NCBI GenBank assembly: GCA_040357565.1
Contig: JBDODJ010000051.1
DNA length: 64,000 bases
Source: Cercozoa sp. M6MM
Taxonomy: Eukaryota; Protista; Endomyxa: Ascetosporea
Direction: 5' to 3' (one strand)
Made by a program: the position numbers and the translations under genes. Under the pieces are notes generated by a model, which ran no database searches, was not told where the DNA came from, and was given only the letters and a program-made list of their open reading frames with translations. Each line of letters begins with the position of its first letter. Within the stretch, counting starts at the first letter, position 1. Below, piece by piece: positions 1 to 21,942 of the stretch.

Positions 1-62
<62 letters not shown>
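1..62. repeat. (TG)n microsatellite
   Basis: Pure TG run at window start. Confidence 0.98.
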
Positions 63-63
<1 letters not shown>

Positions 64-199
64 TACTTTGACGTTCTAAATACTGCTTCCCAGGCAATCA
101 ACATGGGACACCTGTTTGAGTTTACGGCAGAGACCACTGTACGCGCCAACTTGTCCTACTTGGTGTGCTGTTGATGGTTGGGATTTAGTTGATTCGAGT

Positions 200-2779
200 G
201 ACGAAAGAAGACGATGAGACCACGATGCTGAAGGATTCCGAGTAATAAAATTGTCCCCTTTGATCTTGGATGTCTGTTGCTTTATTTTGTATTTGAGGTG
301 CTTGTGTAGCGAACCCAGCACTGTGCAAGAGTCTCCCCTCGCAGTTCAGGCCCGTCGGCAGTTCCGCATTCTCGTTTTTACGATTGCTGTACCTTTTGAT
401 TGTTTTTATTTGTTGGATTTTCAGTTTTGCTTTTTTGAGATGTTTGTGCGTGCTATTTAGTTTTCTTTCGCGCTCTTGTTCGCGTTGGCGGGTGTGCTGG
501 CTTCGTCATCGAGTGCGACGAGCGAATCGTATAGCGCTCCCATATACACAAATAAAATTTATGCGCAGATGCAATTACTTCTGCCAACTCATTGGGACGT
601 TTTTAATATCAGCATTGGCGATTTCGATGAGACGACGTATCTTTTGCTCTCGCAGGTAGCTTTTCCTTGTGCTTTTTAGTTTGTGTGGATGTGGTGTGTA
701 ACTGCAGACTCCAACAGCGAAAGCTTCAATCGAGCAGGTGCAGTTCAAGTTCAATATCAAAACGAGAGGCAAAAGAGTGTGTCTCTGGTGTCTGTCTTTT
801 TAGTTGGCGTTGGCTGCGACCTTGGGTGCAAGCATTCACCTCCTCGGTGCTGAGCATGGTAAGGTTTTGATCTCCGGGTTTAACTTGGGATATGTTTCCT
901 TACTTATCGACGTTTGTTTGAACTCTAGGCGGTACGGGTCCGACGAAGGTTAATCGCAATGGTTTCCACGATGCTCTGGGCTACGGACGCCAAGTTACCT
1001 TGTATGCTCTGGCAGTTGCTTGCTGTGTGCTTTCCTGCGTATATCGGTGACTGGTGCGAACAGGAACAACTCGATGCGTGCTGTGGAGCGAACTACGGTG
1101 ATGCAGCAGCTTTTGCGGCGTATCGACGTTGTTGCCGCTGAGAAATTGAGTGTACAGTTTCCTTCTCTGGATATGTTTGTTGTCTTGCTTGAATCGCCTC
1201 GCTGTAACGTTGCAGTTGGACGATGTTCTCGCCAATCTGGAGACGATAAATGAGACGGCCATGCACGTATACCACTTTCGTTTTTTGTCGGGTATGTTTC
1301 TCTATGTTAACGCAGATCTTTGACGAAGCTGACGCGATCGTTGACTATGCTTTCAAAAACGGAGCCGAGGATCCGAATGTAGAATTAAGGTTTAGTGTAT
1401 TGACGTGTTTTGACTGATGTTTGGTCTGAATGGATAATAAAAATTAGAATTGGAACGCCACACGCGGCGCGGAAATGATCGCGCTGCTGACACAGAACTC
1501 GAGTTTTGCCGTCGCTGTCAGTTCCGCTCAGCACTGGCTGGATGATCGCACGTCGCTGGCTGATGTCTTCTTTGCCGAGCAGCGTGACGAGGAGAAGAAA
1601 CGCGCTAACTGTACCGCCTTTTTCCCTTTGACAGCTGCTTGGGGAGTATTCTCTTTTTCTGGGCAGTGGTGCTGTCACTGGCGATCGTTGCTTCCGTGCT
1701 AACGATCGTTGCTGTTACTGTCACTGTTCTGGTAGTTTACGTTCGACCTGTCCTTGTTGGCTCGTTTGAGTACTTTCGCTCAAATGACCAGGGAGCGAAA
1801 CGAAGCGCCGCAACGAGCAGTCTCGAATTGCAGGGCGCTGTTTGGACATTCGATCGTGTTTGTGTGTTTGCTGCGTTCATTTTGTTGTGACTCTGTTGTT
1901 TTTGTTTCTTCATCCATCTCTCAATTTAGTGGAAGACAAGGAGTGTTTGGAAGTGCTGCTTGCGCATGCACGATCAAAACTCGTAACTTTTCATATCTTA
2001 TGTCTATCTTCCAACTAAGTTTAGCTATGTCTTTTGTTTAGTCGGAAGAGTGTGTGCAATACGTCTATGACACCAAGGCGATCAATTTACAGGTAGTCTG
2101 CAGCTTTCTCATTCATGAAGTTACAATCAGAGAAACGGCGATCCCTGTCATCTTAGTCTGCGAGACCAAGGATGAGCGACATTAGCTCTCTCATCGACCT
2201 GTACGTGAGAGAAAACAGCGAGCGCGAAGTGAACATCTCGTCCAGACAGGTGCGTTTCTCCCGTCAGCTGGTTCAATAAATGTCAATTTATGACTGACTT
2301 GACACCACGCACAGAGACGCGCAATCGTGCAAGAGTACGACGAGTGCAAGTCGAAACTGCGCAATGACGATGAAATCTCGGGAGAGCTGCTCGAGGCTCT
2401 GCGTGTCTCGGAAAAAGAGGTTACGAAATTGGTGCAGTCTGCTTTTAGTCTTTGTCGAACTTCGCTGACACTTCTGCTGCAAACAGGTGATGACTAATCT
2501 CTACAGCACTTTTCTGCAAAGCACCGGCTTCCTGGAGGTACTTGCTTCATCGCTTTATTGCTGTGGGATACGCTTTAACTTGTCTGCTGTGTGAAACCAC
2601 ACAGCTTGAAGAAAGAAGAAACGCCGAACTGGCCGAGACGCTTGCCGCTGTACACTGTGCTTTGTTTCCCACTGTTTCACTGTGACTCGCAGTGGTGTTT
2701 GCAGATGGAGGAGCACTCACCAATGTACGCGACGGTGACGGCCGACGGCACCAGTGTCGAGATGCACCAAGCACTATAG
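200..2779 (+). CDS. Single-pass membrane protein with C-terminal RGS domain (multi-exon; 5' end unresolved)
   Basis: Hydrophobic exon AVVLSLAIVASVLTIVAVTVTVLVVYV (~1665-1745), then spliced exons ECLEVLLAHARSKL/SEECVQYVYD, LIDLYVRENSEREVNISSRQ/RRAI and EKEVTKL/VMTNLYSTFLQSTGF matching RGS-box motifs (SEEN, EVNI, ME.DSYPRFL.S); stop TAG 2777-2779. Confidence 0.75.
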
Positions 2780-2891
2780 AAATTGCAACGCACGGCAAAT
2801 GCGTCGAATTAGTCTCACGCTCAGTTGCGCAGTACAACTGAATTACTGAATGAACGAATGGAACACAACGCGTAGCTCACCGGCGCCCCCA

Positions 2892-4162
2892 ATGATGAAT
2901 TTCCAAGAAATTGCCCACAGCTCCTCTCGATCAATTAGTGGGGAAAATGCCGCTAAAAAGCGCACTGTAAAGTCCCAACACACTATGGGCACAGGAAGAA
3001 GTAGGAGCGGCAGGCCAAGAGGCCAGCCGGATTTCGACATCCAAGATTGGTCTGGTTCGGCACTCGCCCCGCTGTTTTTGCAGACTGAACACTCGGATCT
3101 GCTGTTGCACGTCCTTGGATGTGCGATTCCCAGTATTTGTGTGGACTGCTTGTCATAGGTCCATGTTTTTTAAATCGATAGTCGCATGCGACTCGAGAGA
3201 GACCTTGGAGGCAGTATCGTTGACACATCGGTCACTGCACAACGCTCTGCTGTCTCCGGCAGCACAGTTGCGCGTGTGGCGTCCTTTTGTATACTTGCGA
3301 TTTACTTTCTTGCGTTATCTGGTTACTGTATGTCTGCATGTGTGTTATTTGAGTACAGGTGCAGAACGTCCAGAACACGGAGCTTGATGACCGCGACTTG
3401 CAAAAGGCATCGGTACCCCTGGTCATGGTTGGTTTATGTCGAGTGTACATGTGCGAACAGGAGGAAATCTTCACCGACTGGCGTGCATTCGCTCAGTACA
3501 TGGGTAGAAGACAAATGGTAGAAGGCATCAACGTGCCGGACATCGAGAACTGTGGTATGCTGCTGCCTCCGGTGGCTGATACTATGTCGCAAGCTACTCC
3601 ACTCACGGCGAGTCACTTTGTGCGCGCGTCACCCTCGGCGTACCTTTTCCCCCACAACTCGCAAGTACAATTTTATTGTAGGTATTTGTTATGCAGAGAA
3701 CTTCCGAAAGGCTTGCATTGGCACTTCCGGTGTCCACTTAAAGTGTCTCGTCTGCAGCCCGAGAACTTTGACCATCTGGTACGTTGCATTTTATTATAAT
3801 TTACATTTGCCGAACCCCAATGCGCTCTGTTTCAGATCGCAACAGAAGCGACCGGTCCTGTTAAGTTCGATTGTTACGCGTGCAAGCGCAAAGGTTCCTC
3901 TGTTCACATGTGTGTGTATTGTTGGTATAGATTATGCTTCCGCTAGCAATTGTTTTGTGTGTGAGCAGTCAAACTCGTCTCGTCGCGTCGTGAGTTGCAG
4001 CAGTGTGCTGAAGCCGGCGAGTGTGTCGTCTACGATCCAGCGCGGGTACTATCGCCAACTGCTAGTGTAGCATGCTTATGCGTGTTTTTGCAGAACTGGC
4101 TCAACACTATGGGACCGGAGCCGATGGTGGGCCTACCGGCACCGCCGCCTCCTGTCCGTTAA
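2892..4162 (+). CDS. Hypothetical protein, multi-exon
   Basis: Protein-like exons (EEIFTDWRAFAQYMGRRQMVEGINVPDIENCG; LHWHFRCPLKVSRLQPENFDHL) bounded by GT/AG introns; no family recognised; ends approximate. Confidence 0.5.
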
Positions 4163-4254
4163 GTTCCCACCGGCGCAATGAATAGTATTAACGACCAAGT
4201 GCGAGTGTTTCCGCGCCCGTCGTTCGTTAATACGTACGATAGATAGCGTGACGT

Positions 4255-4457
4255 GGGCATGGCGGGGTTTTTCGACGCAAAATCAGAATCTATAAAATAC
4301 CTTTGGTATCGGCCTGGGAAAGGCACAAAAGAGAGAGAGGGCTTTTCTTAAAAGTTAACAGGCCCCGGAAGGCCTAAAAGCCCAGAACTAGGACCTGATT
4401 AGCATCTAATAAAAGCTTCTGGGAGTTCGTTTTGCCTCGAAAAACCCCGCCATACCC
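4255..4457. mobile_element. Mutator-like MITE (203 bp)
   Basis: 28-bp TIRs 4255-4282 and 4430-4457 (26/28 match, GGG...CCC ends); flanking 9-bp imperfect direct repeat GCGTGACGT/GCGTGGCGA; no ORF. Confidence 0.75.
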
Positions 4458-4703
4458 GCGTGGCGATACTTGACTGATACTGCACTGTAAACTTACGGTA
4501 TGGTACACGGCACACGGACACGCCGCGCCCGCATTGCATAGGTACGATCGGATTGGGTACCGTAAGGCTGTGACTGAATGAACCGCAAGTCAGTCGAGTG
4601 CGGTGCGCTTAACGTACTTGTCACGGACGCTCAAGGTAGTTCGGTTATCTACTCAATGAATGTACTTTAAATTTACTTGTCTCAGCGAAGCGAGCTGTTT
4701 GGG

Positions 4704-5515
4704 TCAGTCCGCCTGCGAGTCAACGTCGGAGTCCGAAAAATTAAATTCGTCATCATCGCGGACCAGCAGCGAAGATTCCCTTGCGTTCTGAAATTGATCT
4801 TGAGGCGTTGCGAGTCGGGGTGACTCCACCTTTCCGAGATGCTCTGTGTTTTCTGAATCCGCTGCCTCGACGTTCAAATCGTTCGCCTGGGCCACCTTCG
4901 CGGAATGAGCTGTCGCTTGGAAGTTTCTATGCGAAGCTTCGTCACTGCTGAGCGAAACTGGTGATTTGCGCCAGTCGGCGTTGTCATTTCCAAGCGCGCC
5001 GATCGCTCGCAACAGCACAATGTCCTCTTCACTGCTGTTGCTTCGCCCTTCAAAATCCACGCATTCTTCTGCTTCCTTTCGATGGAGTTCGTGCAATCTT
5101 TGCTGCCTGGACAGAAACTGTCCCAACGCTTGTTCGTGCTGCTGTGCTGAATGTCCGTGCAAAGCTTGGTTGATGTGACGCAACAATCTGTCGCACTTTC
5201 TTTTTTGTGCTTCGACATGTCTTGCCTTTTGGTCGCACTAAAATATGTTTCAGTAAAATGTACAAGAGGTTGAAACAAAAGAACTCGAGGTTGCAAGACA
5301 GTAGATAGTACAGTACTCGCAAATACAGTACCTTACGAAGTGCGCTGTTCTTGAATTTCTCCACACTGTGTCGAACTGCAATCAAACTGGGTTCAGTTCA
5401 GTTGGAACTTAAAAGAAAAGATCTCACGATGTGCTATACTCGTGTTTCGAGCGTCTGCTGCGACAGCAAGTTGCTGATTGAGGCGTTTAAGTTCACCTTC
5501 AAGCTCTAAAGACAT
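4704..5515 (-). CDS. Hypothetical coiled-coil protein with acidic C-terminus
   Basis: First exon MSLELEGELKRLNQQLAVAADARN; 160-codon terminal ORF 4704-5186. Confidence 0.55.
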
Positions 5516-5660
5516 CCTGGCAAACAGTACCCTGCCACAGGACGCTGTCGTCAATTTTGAAGTCGCCGGTTTTCTTGTGCCACGAAAATGCGAAAATGAA
5601 ACTACCAAAATCCAGCTCTGGGAGGGCAGTATCGGAGCAGAGGATTGATTCCGACGACTA

Positions 5661-8103
5661 ATGGATGGAGTTTTGCGTATCCGACCCAAATCTAGCATCT
5701 CAAGAGCGTCTTGTCCGCGTGGCATGCAAGCTCCGTCGGGCCACAGTGACCGACGCATTATTGTTCGCGTTGGTAAAAGCAGCTTTTCTGAGGATATTTA
5801 CCGACACGACAGTTAACCAAATTTAAGAATGCTTGATTTGCACAGATTTCGAAAAACACTGCCTGACACAAAACATACGCGAGAACGGGTGGATTCTCGA
5901 CTCAAGCGGCAGTTCGGACAATTGGAACATTTTCTGGGCCACCGTGGGCTCTGTTCGCAACCTTTTCAATCCAGATCGCACAGAGCGTCACTCATTTGCG
6001 CGACTGAACGAAGATCAGTTCGTGAATCATTTTCCGAACAGCTATGAGTTGGTGCACTTTCTTATGACTCACTGGACAGTTTCAACGCAAACTGACCCAA
6101 ACAATAATTGATAGTGTCGCAAAGACTGCATGGTGAAGAATATCAAACGTTTCAAAAAGCATTGTGAGAGAGAGAAGGTACTTTAGTTTCTATTGTTTGA
6201 GCGAGGCATACCCTGAATGCAAACATCTTGTCGAATACAGACGATGCCGCAAGAACTGGAGCAGCTTCTGAACTCACTCGGCAGTTGGCGCCTGCCTGTT
6301 TCCCAACGAAACGCACTGCAGCACCAAACTGCGATGGGACGCGAGTTCTCAAGCAGATGCTCGGTTCTGTCTGGTCTCAGCAAGCGCAAGAAGCGCAGTA
6401 TTCTCGAAGAGTCGGCTTCAAACAGCACGACGAACTCGTGCGTGTCGTTACCGATCAATGAGGGTAATTACTGGTATAATAGTTTGTTTTCCATACAGTT
6501 AATATCCAGTCTTTGTTGTTTGAATAGGCGAAACGCATGCCCAAATACCGATAAGTTTGCTAAAGATCATTCCGACAACGTTCTCGCTTCCGTCAGAGTA
6601 CTCACTGTTCACCGAGGAGTACCGTCGTTCGCCTTCTTCGATCAAGTGGATTGTGAAACCCGTCAATGGCGCCCAAGGCTCCGGAATTCGTACTTTTCTT
6701 CTTCGAAAACTGTCCTGTATTATTGAACTGCTTATTTTAGACATTGCGCGCTCCATTACGAGCATTCGCAAGTGGATTCAGTCCCGTTGGGCACTTCATG
6801 CTATCGGTGGTACCCTTTCATACGAGGCGTTCCTCACTTGTATCATATATTGCAGCAGGCAACACAAACGGTTCAGCGCATCTCTACTGCGGTGCCTCGC
6901 TTGGAAGCGGCATGACGATTGCTCCGCAGCAACGCGATTTTGGTCAGTTTAAGTTGTCGTATCTTGTTTGTATAGATTGAACTTACCGTACCTTGTGCTC
7001 GTAGTGTGCCAGAAGTATATCGACAAACCGTACACACTTGGTGGCAAAAAGTTCGGTACAATTTACACTCGGTTTTGTTTGTGCTAGTATCCAAAGCAGA
7101 AGAATATGAAATCAGACTTGCGACTGTATGCGCTGGTGACGTCGTACCGCCCGCTGCAGCTGTGGATGTATCTGGACGGGTTTTGCCGCTTCAGTGGCAC
7201 GAAATACTCCTCTGCTTCGGACACATTGAGCAACGATGCGATGCACCTCACAAACGGTATCGTGCCCCTCAAACTGAAAAGGCTGTGTGGTAACAACTCA
7301 CACTCGCACGACAGTCGCGGTGCAGAAACGAAGTGGAGAACAGTTCAACTCGCGGCACGGACAAAAGTGGCGACTTGAGAACTTGGAGTTGTATCTGGTA
7401 TGCGACGTGTCATCTAAGCCACTAAAAAGATAGGTTTGCTGACACAGAACCAAAGTCTCGGAGCACCCGTGTGGCAGCACGTGTGGCAACAGATTCAAGT
7501 GATCGTAGCGACGTCGATATACTCGGTGCAGTCGTCGATGATCAACGACCGGCACTGCTTCGAACTTTACGTAATTTTCTGCCGTTCCTTTCTCTAGCTG
7601 AGCTCTCGTGAACTCTGATTCGAGTAGGGGTACGACATCCTGCTGGACCAAGACCTTCGTCCGTGGCTTTTGGAAGTGAATTCGAGTCCGTCTTTGTCTT
7701 CGACGACGTTGGAGGATCGTTGCATGAAACGAGCGTTGCTGCGCGACACCTTCGAGATTGTGTCGCGAACTTTGCGCGAAAACACTCGCCGGGGCAGTCT
7801 CAACAACAGCGGCATTTCTTGTGCAACACCTTTCGCCCTGTGTCGGTAATTTCTATTGGATACGCCGCAAAGTGCATCACCTCGAGGTTCATTTCTGGCC
7901 AAATCTGTCTGTCTGTTCAGTCGGGGAACACGCGTTGGCGACTTTGAGTTGCTCATCAACGAGCACGTGCATCGTCAGGTATTCCATCTGCTTCTTTGCA
8001 CGAGCATAGACTAAAAACTGTGGGTTTGCAAGCGTAGCGAGAGCAACGTCGCTCGTCCAACAGTAACACCTCGCTGCGCTACGTGCGCGATGGCTGGAAG
8101 TAG
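5661..8103 (+). CDS. TTLL1: Tubulin polyglutamylase TTLL1-like
   Basis: Spliced motifs [97 protein letters not shown]; ends ...DGWK*. Confidence 0.92.
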
Positions 8104-8389
8104 GCCGGTCATGTAGTATTTAATTAGTCCGCCAAGCGTTCGAGTCGAGTACAGTGCATTCGATTTTTAGTACATTTTCGCATCGAAACTAGCGTACTGC
8201 GCTGTAATGTCGCGTACAGTAGGCACCAGCGTAACGAACTGATCATGAACGCAATCGATACCGCCTAAGTGACGTTAACTGAAGCACTGACGTGCATGAC
8301 TTACACGACCGTATACGATAGGAAAATTTGTACGCTAGCGTAAGTTACCAGCGTACCGATCCGATCAACGCAACTGATTCGGCTCAAAC

Positions 8390-16784
<8,395 letters not shown>

Positions 16785-16884
16785 AACCAACGCCACGCGC
16801 GCAAAGGAGCGTGCCCAAGCGTTTCTCTTTCCAACAGCATTTCTTTTGTTTTGACTTGTTTCATTACAACACACGCACATCACA

Positions 16885-18256
<1,372 letters not shown>

Positions 18257-19092
18257 ACCCTCGGCGGCCACCGGCCACCCACTGTTCCGGCGTTCCCCAC
18301 TTGCTGTCCTGTGCTGCTTTGGTCGCTGCGTGTAGTAGTTTTTCGTTTTCTTGTTTGCTTGTACAGTTGTTACTGCGGCTTAATGGCCTCCACTCCAACT
18401 TCAGTTAGAGTCTGCAGATCCTTTCGTTTACTGACGTGACTATCTGCCTCCTCCGGCTCCAGATCCCTCGCTGGGCTTGGTCGACGGTATAGGCCCCAAG
18501 GTCGATCTCGGCGTGTCAGTTAACTTTCGCTATTGCTCTCGTTCTTTTGTCTCATAGTTGCCATTTTAGTGCTTCTCGGTGCCCGGCTGTATCGTACTGC
18601 TAGTGGCACACTTAGGAATACGTTAGCGAATCCGGGAGACCTAAAGAAGTCCTTTTCCAACTCCAGTTAAAGATTAACGTTCAGTCGGTCGTCTGTTTAA
18701 AAAAGTTGGCAGTCGGTGCTCAGCGCATGTTCTGGACTACGGCCATATGCCGGCTTGTGAACCCCAGGGCAGCTACTGTAAACTGTAACTGTCTTCGTCT
18801 GAATGAACAACTTGGTTTCAATTAATCTGCCGACCAGTTGCGTTGCCGTAGATTTCCAAGCGCAACCCGAAATCTGCGTAAACTGACAAAGTCCGAATGC
18901 AAGACACCCTCTGCAAGCGGCGGGTGCTCACGCGCAACGGATTCACTCAAAAACGAGAGAGTCGTGTGTTTAAAGACTGTAGTTTGGCACAGGTAGCAAA
19001 GCTCTGGCCCTGCTTAGCTGACGTTGTGCCCTGAAGACTTGTTGAAAAGAAATCTCTCCTTTGGGAGTTGCCAACCTTGTGACTTGAAACTG

Positions 19093-19784
19093 ATGAAATT
19101 GCTTCTCGGGATCTCGCTTCTGGGCACCGCTGCTGCTGCAGGTATCGTTGAGCTTTCGGTTTAGCCGATCCGATGCATGTTTAACAAGGGGCTTGTTGTT
19201 CAGCAGCAGTGCCGGATTTGGCGGATTTGTTCTCACCGCAAGAACTCGCTGGCATGCGGCGTGAGCATGCAAGACTCCAGGCCGAGTTCCAAGTGCAACA
19301 GCAAGCATTCCAGGCTCAAAAGGATAACGCAATTCAAGCCTTGGATGTTAATCAAGCTTGCAAGACAGCGCTAGATTCAGCAATCGTCCCGGGTGACAGC
19401 TTGACAACTACGGTAAATTACAAAAGACCATTACTGGTGCTTACAGTTTATTGTAACATTAACTTGTGGCGTGGCTATAGTTGCAAAACGTGCAAACTGT
19501 CCTCAACAGTCCGCAGTGCACTCGAGGCGTCAACCGTGCTGAGGCAGAAATGTATGGTGCTGCCGTGGTCAATGCCGCCTTCCCGCCGCGTGCGACAGAG
19601 GCACAGGCACTGCCTCGGAGAGGTCTGCAACCTCCTCTCGGTTTTCCTCCTCCCGGTCCTCCTCCTCTCGGTCCTTCTCCTCCCGGTCCTCCTCCTCCCG
19701 GTCCTCCTACTCCCGGTCCTCCTCCTCCCGGTCCTCCTCATCGCCGAGAAGAACCTCCGCAGGTAGTGTCTGCTGTGCTGTGTG

Positions 19785-19838
<54 letters not shown>

Positions 19839-19848
19839 NNNNNNNNNN

Positions 19849-19896
<48 letters not shown>

Positions 19897-21790
19897 GCAC
19901 TTGTTTTTCTGGAACAGGAACTGCTCACACCACCGAGACGTCCACCTCCAGTTCAACCCGTTGCCCCGCGAGTAGAGCGATACCCTGCCCCAACGGTTCC
20001 TTAGTTTAGCCTCTTGCATCTCCTGCCTTTAGTTTGTATCCGGTGTGTGTTGTTCTACAGGCCGTCGAGGCTGAGCCCGAGGAGGAAGCAGTCACTCCTC
20101 TATTTGCCACGGTACGCGAGTTGGAGGTACACACACTCCGGGTCTTTCCTGTGACACATGTCTCTCAATTTGCCTACAGACGGAGGAACCTGCGACACCT
20201 GTACAGGTGACTCCTGAGCCGGAGGTACTTCCGACCTCACTCTCTGTGACTGTACTCCTCTTGAGTTCAGCTGTGTGTATGTGACTCAGAGAGAACGCGA
20301 AGAAATGCGACGACTCTTGGTTCAGAGAGAGCCAGTTCTTACGGAGCAGCAACGCCTTGGAGAGTACCATGAACGCGCCGCCCGAAAATGGAACATCGAC
20401 AGCGACCGAGCTGCCCAAACTGCCAATGCTGGCTTCAATCAGTTGCACGAACTTGCGGAACAACTTGACCATCCAGGTCAAGAATTCCACCAGAAAATCG
20501 ACACGATGATCACAGACTTCACAAAGCGACTGGACGAACTGCGGGAAAAAGTGAGAATGTCCGTGGTGGCAAATACACAACGCATGGTGGACTTTATTAT
20601 CGACCAATGGACGCAAGACCTGCAGCAGTGGCAGAACGACGCTAGAACTGCTCAGGAGGCACTGTACGAAGAGTTGGAACAAGCACTTCAAGCCCAGGTA
20701 ATTTGTATCACAGACTAGACCTTTGTGTCGACATCTCTGAACTCTGTTGAGACAGGAAGAACACAAGTCGGCGAGATTCCCGGTTCCTTGCTACTGTCAC
20801 TTTTCGTCGACCCTGACCCAAGCCGACCCTTCTTTTTTTTTACTCTGTTGGTTCTGTAGGTTGTACGCGACTTGGGACCTGAGTTGGTACACACAGACTC
20901 TGTCACCTTTGTAGGTGCATTCATTTCGTTGTTGACTACAGAGAGAGGGGCCGCCCGCTGGAACCGGCGCCGTCCCAGTAAGTCTCCTCTTTGAAACTGC
21001 CCACCATGAAACATGAAATGAACATGGGATTGCAGTGGGAGCCGACATCGCGTCATGCTCGTGAAACAAGACCAGCAGAATTAGTACTGTCCTTACTTCC
21101 TTCATGTTGTTACTATCACAATGTACCATCACGGTGGCTGCAGGAACGAGAACGTCTCGACCGGGAGAAACTTGAACTCGCAGAGGACATGGCTGCATTC
21201 GATGCTCGCATGCGCACAGAGTTGGAGACACATGCAGCTCGACTCCCTGCGACACCAATTGAACAAGTGACTCCTGAAGCCGCAGTACCCTGGCTACCTG
21301 CCGCGCCTCGAAAACCGGTACCTGCGACCTCCCTCTTTGTGACTGTGTCAGATGCAACAACTCACAACTTAGCCTCAAACAACACAACGTCCTCCCACAC
21401 TCGAAGTGGTACCCATGCTAGTAAGTTTATTCTGTCGTGTATGAAATTGATTGATTGAATGTAGGGAACACCTGAATTCGCACCTCGTGTACTCTCAGTT
21501 TTGCTGAAGGGTGTAATTTTCAAAGAAGAGTGTCTGTTTGTGGGACTCACAGTTGAGTCTGACTCCTTCCACGATCACCACTGTACTCTAACTTACTGTG
21601 GCGTATGTCTTGACCCTACCTGCTGTCTCACAGGAAGGCGAGGTTCCTCCTGCTGCGACTGGAACCCCGACCACAGTGAGTCTTTCTCCATCATTCGTTG
21701 TTGTGTGTTTACACCGCATTGTTTTTTGCAGGCGACTTCGACCCCCGAAAGCTCGCCTGCGTCTTTCCCCGGAGTAACTTGAGAACCATC

Positions 21791-21840
<50 letters not shown>

Positions 21841-21850
21841 NNNNNNNNNN

Positions 21851-21942
<92 letters not shown>

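Noticed and set aside
18420-18960. Possible small gene or ncRNA downstream of actin; likewise ORF 50061-50270
   Set aside because: No consistent exon chain and no snRNA/tRNA signature.
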